DNA of 63,092 nucleotides, the filler included, from Kipferlia bialata (lineage: Eukaryota), in assembly GCA_003568945.1 (NCBI GenBank). It is 4 parts of 4 records of this genome, joined end to end, with 100 filler letters (N's around TTAATTAATTAA, not from the genome) between each part and the next. Parts side by side here need not be neighbours in the genome. Positions count along the whole stretch, not along the records: positions 19,300 to 38,485 come from BDIP01000440.1; positions 38,586 to 57,756 come from BDIP01000441.1; 2 more parts are not named here. The stretch is one strand, 5' to 3'. Below, in pieces: positions 30,528 to 42,400 of this stretch (within the stretch, counting starts at the first letter, position 1; every line of letters begins with the position of its first letter). Position numbers and translations under genes: made by a program. A model generated the notes under the pieces. The model was not told the DNA's origin. It made no database searches and saw only the letters and a program-made list of their open reading frames with translations.

Positions 30528-31386
30528 TGGTGGGTCTTGCCACTGCCAGGGGCACTTAGAGTTAAAGGTAAAGGATCATATACACACATGGGATATATAG
30601 AGAGAGATAAAGCATGTTGACTCTATATGTACAATATAACACAGTACCATAAATATATATATAGAGAGAGAGGGTGTATACCTGCCACTATCTCCGTTGT
30701 GATGGACGTGGACAGGATGTTATACAAATAGTACATATAGTATAGGACAGTGTACCGGACATATGTATACTATTAGATATACATATAATGCAGTACCTGC
30801 CACAATCTCTGTTGTGATGGACGGGGACAGGATAATGTAGAGAGACTATACTCATTCATATATACCACTACATATATGCCACTATATACATATACCAGTA
30901 TAGTGCATACCTGCCACAATCTCTGTTGTGATGGACGGTGACAGGATGTTGGGTCGGGCCTTACCAAGCTGCTTGAGCTGGTATTAGTGTATATAGTATA
31001 CTAATAGAATACTTGAATAGAGTATATACACATAGGAGAGATAGAGAGAATGAGATTTAGGAAGGGATGTTGGATCTGGCCTTGCCAAGCTGCTTGAGCT
31101 GGGGGTGAGTGTGAAGTATCATACACATGTGGTGAAAATAGGGTACAATGTGTAGTACGCCATGTATCGATTGCAATCCCAACCTGCACTTCCATCTTGG
31201 CCTTGTCAGGCACCACCTCGGGGTGGAATGATACTATACATCATATACATATATATGTACATATATATATATTACATTGTATATACTCATGGTATAGTGT
31301 GTATATATAGTAATATATATATATATACCTGCACTTCCATCTTGGCCAGGTCTGGCACCACCTCTGGGTGGTATGATACTATAAAT

Positions 31387-31417
<31 letters not shown>

Positions 31418-31995
31418 CATATATATATAACATATACACTATACACTCATGGTATACTATATACATATATATATATTGTATTTACCAACCTGCACTTCCA
31501 TCTTGGCCAGGTCTGGCACCACCTCGGGGTGGAATGATACTATACCCACACTTCCATCTTTGCTAGGTCTGGTACCACCTCGGGGTGGTATGATACTATA
31601 CATCATATATATATTTATATATATATCATATATATATAACATATACACTATACACTTATGGTATACTATATTTATACCTGCACTTCCATCTTGGCCAGGT
31701 CTGGCACCACCTCGGGGTGGTATGATACTATACCCAATACATCATATACATATATATCGTATACACTATACACTTATGGTATACTACATATATACCTGTA
31801 CTTCCATCTTGGCCAGGTCTGGCACCACCTCGGGGTGGTTGAGGAGCTCAAGCACACCAGAGAGAGACTGGCTGGTACTGATATTAGTGGATATAGAAAT
31901 CTATAGTTAGTATATATAGAGAGAGAGAGAGGGATCTGGGTGGTTGAGGAGCTCAAGCACACCGGACAGGGACTGACTCTTGCTAGAGTAAGAGT

Positions 31996-32026
<31 letters not shown>

Positions 32027-35000
32027 TCTGGGTGGTTCAGAACAGACACCGGACAGGGACTGGCTGGTGCTAGAGTTAGTCAATAGACAAAGAGTGAGAG
32101 GTGTAATATCTACCTTCCCACTACATAGCACAGCTTCCCCCTCAGTGACAGAGTGGTGTCAGGTAGGACTGACACCAGGTCTGGGTTGACTGCTGTGTTG
32201 TCAGAGGACCCAGCAAGAGGTCGCCTCAGAAGGGCACGCTGGAGGCGCTCAATCTGCTATTAGACACTGTTGTATATATATGACTATTGTACATATATGA
32301 CTATATATATATACAGCAAGGGGACGTCTCAGAAGGGCACGCTGCAGACGCTCGATCTAAAGAGTCAGATGAAACATGAAAATAACGAAGTCTATACATA
32401 CATTAACCAACACACCTCTGTACCTTATACCTCTGTATTAGTATATATAGTAGTATACATATAGTATATACACATATCTCCATACCTCTCTGACCAGTCT
32501 GTGGCTGAGGTAGTCAGGTGATAGAGCATTTCATTTATTGCATATACATGTACTGTATATGTATCATATATACCATAAGTATTACATAACATACCTCTCT
32601 GACCAGTCTGTGGCTGAGGTAGACAAGTGATGATAGTAGAGGATAGCATACATAGTATATATATCCTGTATTATATACATTTAGTATATCCACACACATA
32701 CCTCTCTGACCAGTCTGTGGCTGAGGTAGTCGGGACGCAGCAGGAGGACACGCCTGAGATGAGGTACACGTTGAACAATATCCACATATACTAGTATACA
32801 TACCTAGATGCATAACCAGGAGGTACCACACAGGTATATAGATAGAACAGCAGAAGAACACACCATGGGTAAGGTATGGCATAGTACAGTTTACGTATGG
32901 TACATACACACAAATTAAGATGGAGGGCATGTGAAACAATTCCTGTTTGTGTGTGACTCACTCGTCATGCACATATATGCATAGAATACGGTATCACTAA
33001 CCTGTTGGTATGTGCCACACTGGCAAACACCCTCCTCAGATCAGCTATATATTATATATGCAAATATATAATGAATTACTCAACCTGTTGGTGTGTGCTA
33101 CACTCTGGAAGACCCTCCTCAGGTCTGCTGTTGTGGTATGGGGGCCACACCAGTAGAGCTGGCTGGACCTGGGTCTGTACCCAAACACAAGATGCAGGGT
33201 GTATGTGAGAGCGTCCTGGAGTAAGGGATATACATATAGAGCGAGAGAGAGAGTATATGGGTCTGTACCCGAAGACAAGGTGCAGTGTATAGGTCAATGC
33301 ATCCTATAGTGAGGGAGGGGGGGAGCTGACGATATATATATATATATATACACAGCATATACACCTCATGAGTATAGGACATTGCCTCTGTCTGACTCAG
33401 TGGGTACTGGGTATATAGTGTATAGGTATGTATAATGTGTATTCATATATATATACATACAGTATACACCTGGTGTGTGTATGGCATGGCCTCTGTCTGA
33501 CTCAGTGGGTATAGGTAGACTACTAATGTATGCACATGGCATATACATATATATATATATATGCATATATACACTAATACATATATAGTATATAGTCTAT
33601 ATATACCTGGTGTGTGTATGGCATGGCCTCTGTCTGACTCAGTGGGTCCTGTGTCCCTGCTATACCAGGGGGTAGACGCACAAACAGCTGCTGGGCACCT
33701 ACATGTAAGATAACACTTACAGCAATAATCACACCCAGATATAGCGACAGTAATAGATGTGTGTATAAGTATGTACACATACCTGGTCCACCAAGGTCTG
33801 TTGCAAACTGCATCAGGGAGCGTCTCATGAACTTTCCAACGGTGTGGGGGATGCATGCACTGGAGGGGGGGAACTGGGGTAAAGAATGGCCTGTATATAT
33901 ATATATATATATATACAATACATATACGTTATATCAAAATTGTAATGTGTATTGGGGAGTGCATGCACTGGAGGGGGGGAACTGGGGTAAAATACGACTA
34001 TAGTATATATATATATATAGATACAATACATATACGTTATATTTAAACTGTAATGTGTACTGGGGGATGCATGCACTGGAGGGGGGGAACTGGGGTGAGA
34101 CATGGCTATATATATATGTATATACTATATATATATACACTATATCAAAATTGTAATGTGTATTGGGGGATGCATGCACTGGAGGGGGGGAACTGGGGTC
34201 AGTATCTCTCTACAACATATATATCATACACAACGTATCAATCAGAAGTACATCTCAGTATACAGAACATCTACATACCTTAGTCACTGTGACTAGCCCA
34301 TGTATACAATGATATACATATATATATATATATATAGTGAGTATATATATAATGAGTAGATATATATCTAGTGTACCTTAGTCACTGTGACTAGGCCTGT
34401 TGCCTGGATGCCAGCCAACAGATGCCCAATCTCACACAGACACTCGGAGACCTGGATTAGACAGACATATAAGCACATATAGATGTATACACACACATAT
34501 ATATATTCACAAATATATATGTGTAAATACTTGGCCAATCTCACATAGGCACTCGGAGACCTGGGGGTCAGATATATATATATCAGATACAAATACATAT
34601 ACGTAAGTACTATGTATAGATATGTACAAATATATACCTTGTGCATTCCTAGCAGGAGGTCCCACTGGATGGGCAGGTCGGTATCACCCCTGCTCCTCCT
34701 CTCTCTCTCCCTCTCCCTCTCCCTCTCCCCCTCTGTAATGCCAGTCTCTATCTGCTTGGCCTTGGCGGCCCTAAGCATCTTGCTACGGTGCCTCTGGAAG
34801 TTAGAGATACAAACGGTACTCGTGGGGAAGAGAGAGAGAAAAAAAAATTGGTACCTGCACCCTTTCTAGCTCCATCTGCTTCTCCCTCTCCTCGCTGTCC
34901 TCATTGATGGTGTATATACATGTATATATATATGTACATATACATAGTATAAAGCTAGAGCATCAAAGACAAGTACCTGCACCCTTTCTAACTCCATCTG

Positions 35001-36499
35001 CCTCTCCCTCTCCTCCTCACTGTCCTCATTGATAGTGTATATACATGTATATATAGTATATATATACATAGTATATACATATACCATAGATATGTACCTG
35101 TACTCTCTCTAGCTCCATCTGCCTCTCTCTCTCCTCCTCACTGTCCTCATTGATGGGGGGGAGGGCCTCTGCTGGTACCTCTTCCTCTGGTATCTAGAGT
35201 TAGTGACACACATATATATAGATTGATAGACAGAGAGAGAGAGAGATTAGTCATTGATGGGGGGGAGGGCCTCATCTGCAGGGGTATCCTCGGGTATCTG
35301 GTGTTACTATATACGTGTGAATTTACAGATATTAATGTACATACAGACTTTACCTCTATTGGTAGCATGTTGTCTGGCCTGAGACTCTCTCTCTCTGTCT
35401 CTCTCTCTCAATNNNNNNNNNNNNNNNNNNGGCCTGAGACTCTCTCTCTCTGTCTCTCTCTCTCAATATATATATATATGTATATATATATATGTATGTG
35501 TGTGTATATACCTCTATAGGCAGCATGTTGTCTGGCCTCAGACTCCTCTCCAGCTGGGGGGACCTGGCCTCATAGGCTGCAACACTGGGGTTAGTATACA
35601 TATATATGTATACTAATTAGTACATATATATATATACACTGGGGTTAGAGGGTATATACATATATATGTATACGTATTAGTACATATATAAATATACAGA
35701 TACAGATACATATATAGAGAGGGAGCTGTGGGGGACCTGGCCTCATAGGCTGCAACACTGGTATTATAGGGTATATACATACATATACATATATATACAT
35801 ACACATAGGTATATAGAGAGAGGGCGAGAGGGGGGGGGGGGTATGGGGGACCTGGCCTCATAGGCTGCAACACTGGGGTGAGAGGGTATATACATATAAT
35901 TGTGGACATATTGGTGTATACATTATATATATATAGTATATATAGAGAGAGAGGGGTATGGGTGGGCCTGGCCTCATAGGCACATATAGATAGATAGATA
36001 TACTTATATATATATATAGACAGAGAGAGAGAGAGATACCTGTATATGTCAGTCTCGCACAGAGGCTTGGGGGGCAGGACAGGGGATATATACATACATA
36101 GAGTAATACTACTACATATATACACACACATGTATATAGAGTAACACTAGCATATGTATATACCTGTATATGTCTGTCTCGCACAGAGGCTTGGGGGGCA
36201 GGACAGGGGTGAAGGCAGAAAGTCCCTGGGAGGTAAGAGTATAGGGAGAGGAAGAGAGAGATGGGGGTAAGGAGAGATGTAGAAGTTGAGAGGGGGGGGA
36301 GAGAAAAGAGGTAATGAAGGTGAAAGCAGACAGGCCCTGGGGTAAGCTCTTGTATGTGCGCTGAAATATATAATTACATTTATATACTTATGTACATTAG
36401 AATACCTGGTGTGCCGTCACAAGCTCTTGGATGTGCATGACATTGGGTGTGTGCCTCCTAAAGTACTTGTCAAGGGAGCCCTAGGAGTCAATACATATA

Positions 36500-36532
<33 letters not shown>

Positions 36533-37053
36533 CATAGATATTCATATATATATGTAGAGAGAGAGGGAGAGAGAGATGGATGGATGACATAGGGTGTGTG
36601 CCTCCTGAAGTGTTTGTCAAGGGAGCCCTGGAGTCAATATACAGATATATATATACAGATATATGTAGACAGATAGAATCGTACCCTGACCCTTCTGAGT
36701 GTGTCTGGCTCAACCTCCAGGGGGGTGTCGCTGATGCACCTGAAATTAAGCAGTGTATGTATATAGTGAGAGAGAGAGAAAGGAATACATGGTATATATA
36801 TGCATATATATATGTGTGTGTGTCTGGCCCCAGAGGGGTGTCACCGATGCACCTAGAGGTAAGTGTAGTCACTTAGATACACACAGAGACTGGTGAGTAA
36901 GATGGTATACAATTAACTCACTTGAATACATGAAAGAACAATACACTATCCCACCTCATGAGTGACACTATGTCCAGCATTGGCTCAAGGACTGACTGGT
37001 GATATATATATCATACTATATATACATGTATGTATCATGATATATCATAACTG

Positions 37054-37084
<31 letters not shown>

Positions 37085-37810
37085 CTCATGAGTGACACTA
37101 TGTCCAGCACTGGCTCCAGGACTGACTGGTGATATATATAATAGCCACATATATATATATACATCATAACTACTTATACATGTATGCATCATGATATATC
37201 ATAACTGTATATATATATGTATATATATATATGTCATACCTCATGAGTGACACTATGTCCAGCACTGGCTCCAGGACTGACTGGTTCCTGTCACACTGGG
37301 CACGGTAGTGCAAGGCACTGAGGTAAGTTAAATAAATATATATATATATAGAAAGAGAGAGAGCACTGGGCACGGTAGTGCAAGGAACTGGGGTAAGAGA
37401 AATAAGGGTGTAGGGAGAGAGAGAGAGAGAGATAGGTGTACTATAGATCAACTGTATACATGTCCATAACCAACAGGGCCTTGCTCACTGACAGGAATGA
37501 CAGTAGAAGGTGTATATATACATAGCATACTATATATATATATATACAGTATAAATATATTTACCTGTCCATCACTAGCAATGCCTTACTAACAGGCAGG
37601 AATGATAGCAGAGGGTGTGTGTCCATGACAGCAGCAAGACATGCAGGCCACTCAGTACGGACAGTGTCAAGCTCCTGAAGGGTTAGATATACATAAGGAA
37701 AGTCTATAATACATTACAGAACCAATATAGTACAAGTGTGTGTAATGTATACATAGACATGCAGGTCACTCAGTACGGACTGTATCTAATTCCTAGGGTA
37801 AGAGCGACAT

Positions 37811-37843
<33 letters not shown>

Positions 37844-37937
37844 CGTACAGCTATCACATCCGATAAGAAGTCTGCATCGATGTCTGAGTCCAACAGATAT
37901 ACATAGATATTATATACTCATATACTTAAATACATAC

Positions 37938-37968
<31 letters not shown>

Positions 37969-38485
37969 CATACCGCAATGACATCCGATAAGAAGTCTGC
38001 ATCGATGTCTGAGTCCAACAGATATACACAAATACTATTTACATATGTATACATATATTATGTATATATATATATATACGTATAGTGTAGATATACACTA
38101 CTATAACACACTACATACCGCTATCACATCCGATAAGAAGTCTGCATCGATGTCTGAGTCCAACAGATAGGCACGGCGGAAGGCAGCAGGGTAGCCTGAA
38201 GATGAGAGAGAAGAGACGCAGATAGATAGAGAGAGAGAGAGTATACATATACATCATTCATACATACTATATTACTACAACTAGATTACGTATATATATT
38301 CTACACGGTACCTATATTGTGTAGCCCAGCCAGTGTGTCAGGAAGGGTATATATATATATATACACAAATATGTATACATATGCATGCATTCCTATATAC
38401 TACAATAGTACTATTGTACTACGTATGTATATTCTACACGGTACCTATATCGTGTAGCCCAGCCAGTGTGTCTGCCAGGTGTGTC
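19330..38485 (-). CDS. RNF213/mysterin-like (dynein/midasin-related) multi-AAA+ protein, internal fragment with dozens of small exons
   Basis: The spliced translation has blocks in the same order as the RNF213 AAA core as I recall it: PRSSQLYWCGPHTTTADLRRVF, LLLRPDYLSHRL, Walker A GAPGSGKT (exon 30023-30101), IGLHMDLSLFADPTAVHHVLTNLLLTGSVTDDTGLYTF...HLFLELP, and GYNVTPAILQRFIDAINLRGAQVPVLSMGEPGVGKG (exons 21161-21222 and 20739-20802; compare RNF213 YELTTDNMLKILAIEMRFRCGIPVIIMGETGCGKT). Neither end is in the contig. Confidence 0.72.
28097..28811 (-). repeat. Exon-echo array around exon 28483-28558
   Basis: Two upstream copies carry acceptor plus 5' half (about 28657-28690, 28780-28811). Three downstream copies carry 3' half plus donor (about 28342-28393, 28186-28240, 28097-28147). 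All encode parts of DLSLFADPTAVHHVLTNLLLTGSVT with different codons. Confidence 0.9.
29789..30560 (-). repeat. Exon-echo array around the Walker A exon 30023-30101
   Basis: Five upstream copies of the GAPG(SGKTHH) exon start, one truncated and one with an altered acceptor. Two downstream copies of ...LGSACRR|gt. Spacers are (TA)n/(GA)n-rich. Confidence 0.9.
31182..31870 (-). repeat. Near-identical tandem exon-echo array (EVVPDLAKMEVQ|gt, about six copies)
   Basis: acctgcacttccatcttggccaggtctggcaccacctcggggtgg recurs near 31182, 31327, 31488, 31549 (partial), 31675 and 31794 (complete exon). Part of the spacer (tatgatactata...) is duplicated as well. Confidence 0.9.
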
Positions 38486-38585
38486 NNNNNNNNNNNNNNN
38501 NNNNNNNNNNNNNNNNNNNNNNNNNNNNNTTAATTAATTAANNNNNNNNNNNNNNNNNNNNNNNNNNNNNNNNNNNNNNNNNNNN
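38486..38585. other. Artificial contig-join spacer
   Basis: N run, TTAATTAATTAA, N run; 100 nt. Confidence 0.97.
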
Positions 38586-38640
<55 letters not shown>

Positions 38641-38709
38641 GCCCAGTTGTTGCTGATAATACACCCAACTTGTGTATATATATATACTATATGTATACCC
38701 TAACCCCAG

Positions 38710-39139
38710 CTCCGCAGTGACTGCCACATCAGCGATGCCACGTGGGCTGGTCTGGGTGAGACCCTGTCTCAGAAGCAGCTGATGGATGTCATATTCACAG
38801 TGGGCCAGTACACAATGGTCTCGATGGCACTCAGGTGCTCTATTACATATATATATGCATGCATAGTGTATATGAGTATCATTAGAGTGGGCCAGTACAC
38901 AATGGTCTCGATGGCACTCAGGTGGGTAGGATATATGCAGTATATACAGATACAATCAATTGGTATCACTTTTCACTGAGTGTTTATATAGAGTCTGTAT
39001 GTATTTATAGAGCGGCAAAACAGTTGTGTGACTTACCACTCGTTTTACTTATACACTATATACTGCAGCCTCTTCCTGACCCTCCAGGTCCATGGGTGTG
39101 CCTCTGGATGAGGGACTGGAGGGAGGATTCACAGTGTAA
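38710..39139 (+). CDS. Carboxymuconolactone decarboxylase / AhpD-like family protein, last two exons
   Basis: Exons 38710-38834 and 39088-39139 give LRSDCHISDATWAGLGETLSQKQLMDVIFTVGQYTMVSMALRSMGVPLDEGLEGGFTV*. This matches the C-terminus of bacterial CMD/AhpD-like proteins (ISDATW..L...S.QQLMD..FTVGQY..VSMALNS.GV.LD). Confidence 0.8.
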
Positions 39140-39418
39140 GGACTGAGACACAAGTCGACCAGTCCTCTTGACCCAGATGGAGTGTTACCTTCCTCTCCCT
39201 CAATCCTTGTCAAAGACTTTTCGAGTAATAGACGCACTCCAAAAATTGAATCGATAAATCTATTGTTGATATTCAATAGGGTCCACACAATTGTACTAAC
39301 ATTGCTTGTCTATGTAATTATTATAGTGACAAGCACTTGATATAGGATTGCCAGTACTATATCCTCATTCTGTCAGTCTATAACATACTACGTCCTCTAT
39401 TCTCACACATTACATCTA

Positions 39419-42400
39419 TTATGTGGTGTCAGTAATCCCCGTGTCCTCGTACCCCTCTGCCTGTCCCTGCCACCTGTCTCTGTTGGCACAGGCAGTGTCC
39501 AGGAGACTAGAGACCAGGGAGAGTCCTCTTCGCACTCCAGTCTGCAGTTAGAGACTCTCAGAGCTATATCTTCATTGTGTACACATCAAAGAAACCATGA
39601 CCAATATTGAGAGTACCTGCTTCAGATGTGATCGCAGAGCCCTCAGTAGCGGTGTCACTCTGGTGTCTATGAACATGACCTGTGCAAGACAGGCAGTTCG
39701 ACTGTACTCACGATCCTTTCGCTGCTTACAGATGCGTCGAAAGGGTACGATCAGACCTGAAGGAAGGTATACTCACTAACAGCTCCGATTCTGTGGTGGT
39801 TATGTTATCATTACAGTCTGTTGTACCGTTACAATACCAACCTGCCCCCGCCTCCCTGTCTCCCGAGTCAAAGGTCTCACGCATGGCGCAGCGGCCAAAC
39901 CTTCGGGAAGAGGTGGAAGTCATGTAATGGTTTCATGAGAAGGATAATCTTCAGGATAGTATAGCACCTCGCAGCTGTTGGCCATGGCCTTGCAGCATTA
40001 CCATAGTATGCGATAGTGACAATGGATCTCGCTAGAACGATCTGATAGTGACCTGAGGTAAAACTTGTCTCTTTGACTGTAGCTGCAAACCCAATGGGAC
40101 CAAGTTACCGCGGATCTGGTGTCCGGTAGAGAATTGGATGCAATATGAACAGTCCTAAATGAACGTCGAGTACTAGGCTACGTCATTACTCCCTAGTACC
40201 TAGGTCGCTCTCTGGTTCTGACAATGCACTGGGCAGTATCAGTTGGGCTCTAACCCTGTCAATGGGGAACCTAGTGGCAGGGAGCCGCCTCAGTTGGAAG
40301 CGTGTCTCGCCCGGGTTGTTGGTGCATACAATGAGATCCCTGGCTAACTTGACTGCTCCCTTGGGGCCAAGAGGGACCTTGCACCCCATAAGAACAGACA
40401 CAAAGAGAGATGCAGCCTGAAATTAGGGTAACTATCGTGACCTAAAGAGTTGACTAATAGTAATCCTTTCCTGATTCTGAATTGGATCTCTGAGTCCATG
40501 CATTGTGACAATTGGGTTGTCAGTGCCAGTCAGGTAGTCTCTTGTCACACCAGGATGGTCCATGTCTATAGATGCGGATGCAGCTAGGATCATGAACTGA
40601 AGCAGTGGCGGCATCACAACATATCCTGCTGGAGACGCCTGGGTAAGAGAGGAGAATATCTCAGATACTCAGTATTATGCAGATTAGATAGATTAGATCC
40701 AATGCACACAACGACTGACTGACCTGAATTGCTTTGCACAGCAGTATTGCTGTCTGCAGAGTATCCAATGAGTGGACAGGGTTGTGGAATGGGCGCGCGT
40801 GGTGCAATCTACTGTTAGGGATACCGTTAGCTCAAATAGAACGATATGTATTGACTAATGGAATATATTGAGTATAATATTCAATGAATATATCAATATC
40901 AATACCTGTATATACTGAACATCCCCTTGACCACGGCCCTGACAGATATGTGAGACGCCATAGAGGGACCATCATTCTGCATCTCCTGTGTGTATAGATA
41001 CATGAAGAGCCATCCGAAACCAAAGCCCCCAAACTGAGTCTCAAAGGCCACTGCATCAAAACATGTCTCTGAAAGGGCACTGTCAAGGATGGAGCGGGAG
41101 GTACGATCAGCTGTAATTAGGCCTGTATGCGAAAGCTTGTACACACATTGAGTCTATGTAGTATGCTTGGCATACGAACAAGTTGCAACTAGCGATGGTT
41201 AGGAATTTGTATGGGATCCTCTTACCATAGATGGAATGGAACCGAGACATCAGGGAATCCGCACAGTAGTCACAGGTAACCAGAACCCTATAGGGACGAA
41301 AGAGATCCCTTGGCAGTGTCGCGTATTGTTTCTGTTCTAGCTTGGTAGCATGCGGTAGGAAGTAGTCCCCAAGCTTGGTGACACACTTAGGGGGAGACAC
41401 ATTTAGGCTTCGTGATGGAAGGGACTCTGTAACATCCAAACCCTGGTTGTCACTGTTGTGTCCAGTGTCCAGTGTGCTAGACCTGCGATAGTTCTGAACC
41501 ATTCTACGTGGAAGTCGCTGTGCATATCCGGCCACCAGGGCAGGCTCACCACTGTGACGGTAGCGTACTATTGAGCTGGGATAGTTAGTAGGTTCTGTGG
41601 TTGTAAGAAGAACGACCTTGTATCGCCAGATGCAGTAGTGTTTCCAAACCACTTGACACTACGTACCCATACGACTGCATGTACACATACGACCCATTTG
41701 GTAGCAGTTGCCTATATACTGCATCGTATGGGCCACCCTCTATAGCCGTGGAAAGGGCTTCGTACAACTGAGTTCAGACGAGTTACTGGTACCTACATTC
41801 ATATGTGATAGCGTCGATGAGCCTATACTCAAGACTTACATAGTGTATGTCCTCCGGGTGCATATTCTTAGGCATGGCCAGCATTTCAGCTGCCTCTCCC
41901 TCCTTGGTGTGTATTCCAAGCAGGTTGAGCCACGACTTGTAGAGATTGATGTGGGTGTCCAATCCACGACCTAGAGATAAGAGGAGTGTCATGCGACTAT
42001 TGAACACAAGTTAAGCGGCAAGGAATTCTGCAAGTTGAATTGAGGTACCTTTTGGTGGAGTTCCATAGAAGCTGCATCTTAATGGCCTCTGGTTGTCGCC
42101 GAATATCTCACTCATTGTGTCTCCGTCTGCTGCAGCTACACAGTCCCTAACATGGTGGTTAAATGTGCCACAGGGAATCTCTTTGCTGGAGTGAGAATAA
42201 GATTCAGGTTCAAGAGAGAACAAAGTGTCATCTTACCTTGGATATGGGATCTTATAATCACACATTGCATCAGGAGAAGGACTTTCAAGAACAGTTGTGT
42301 CACTCTCTTGACTAGCGGATCCTGGGATTGCAGTGTGAGACTCCGTTGGCGATGAGGAGAAAGGGGCTGAGAATGAGGGACCTGATAAAGAGCTGGTGCC

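Noticed and set aside
8357..38533. Numerous ORF-track entries rich in YIYI, LSLS or CVCV
   Set aside because: They are translations of (TA)n, (GA)n and (TG)n intron microsatellites, sometimes running through real exon pieces; they are not genes.
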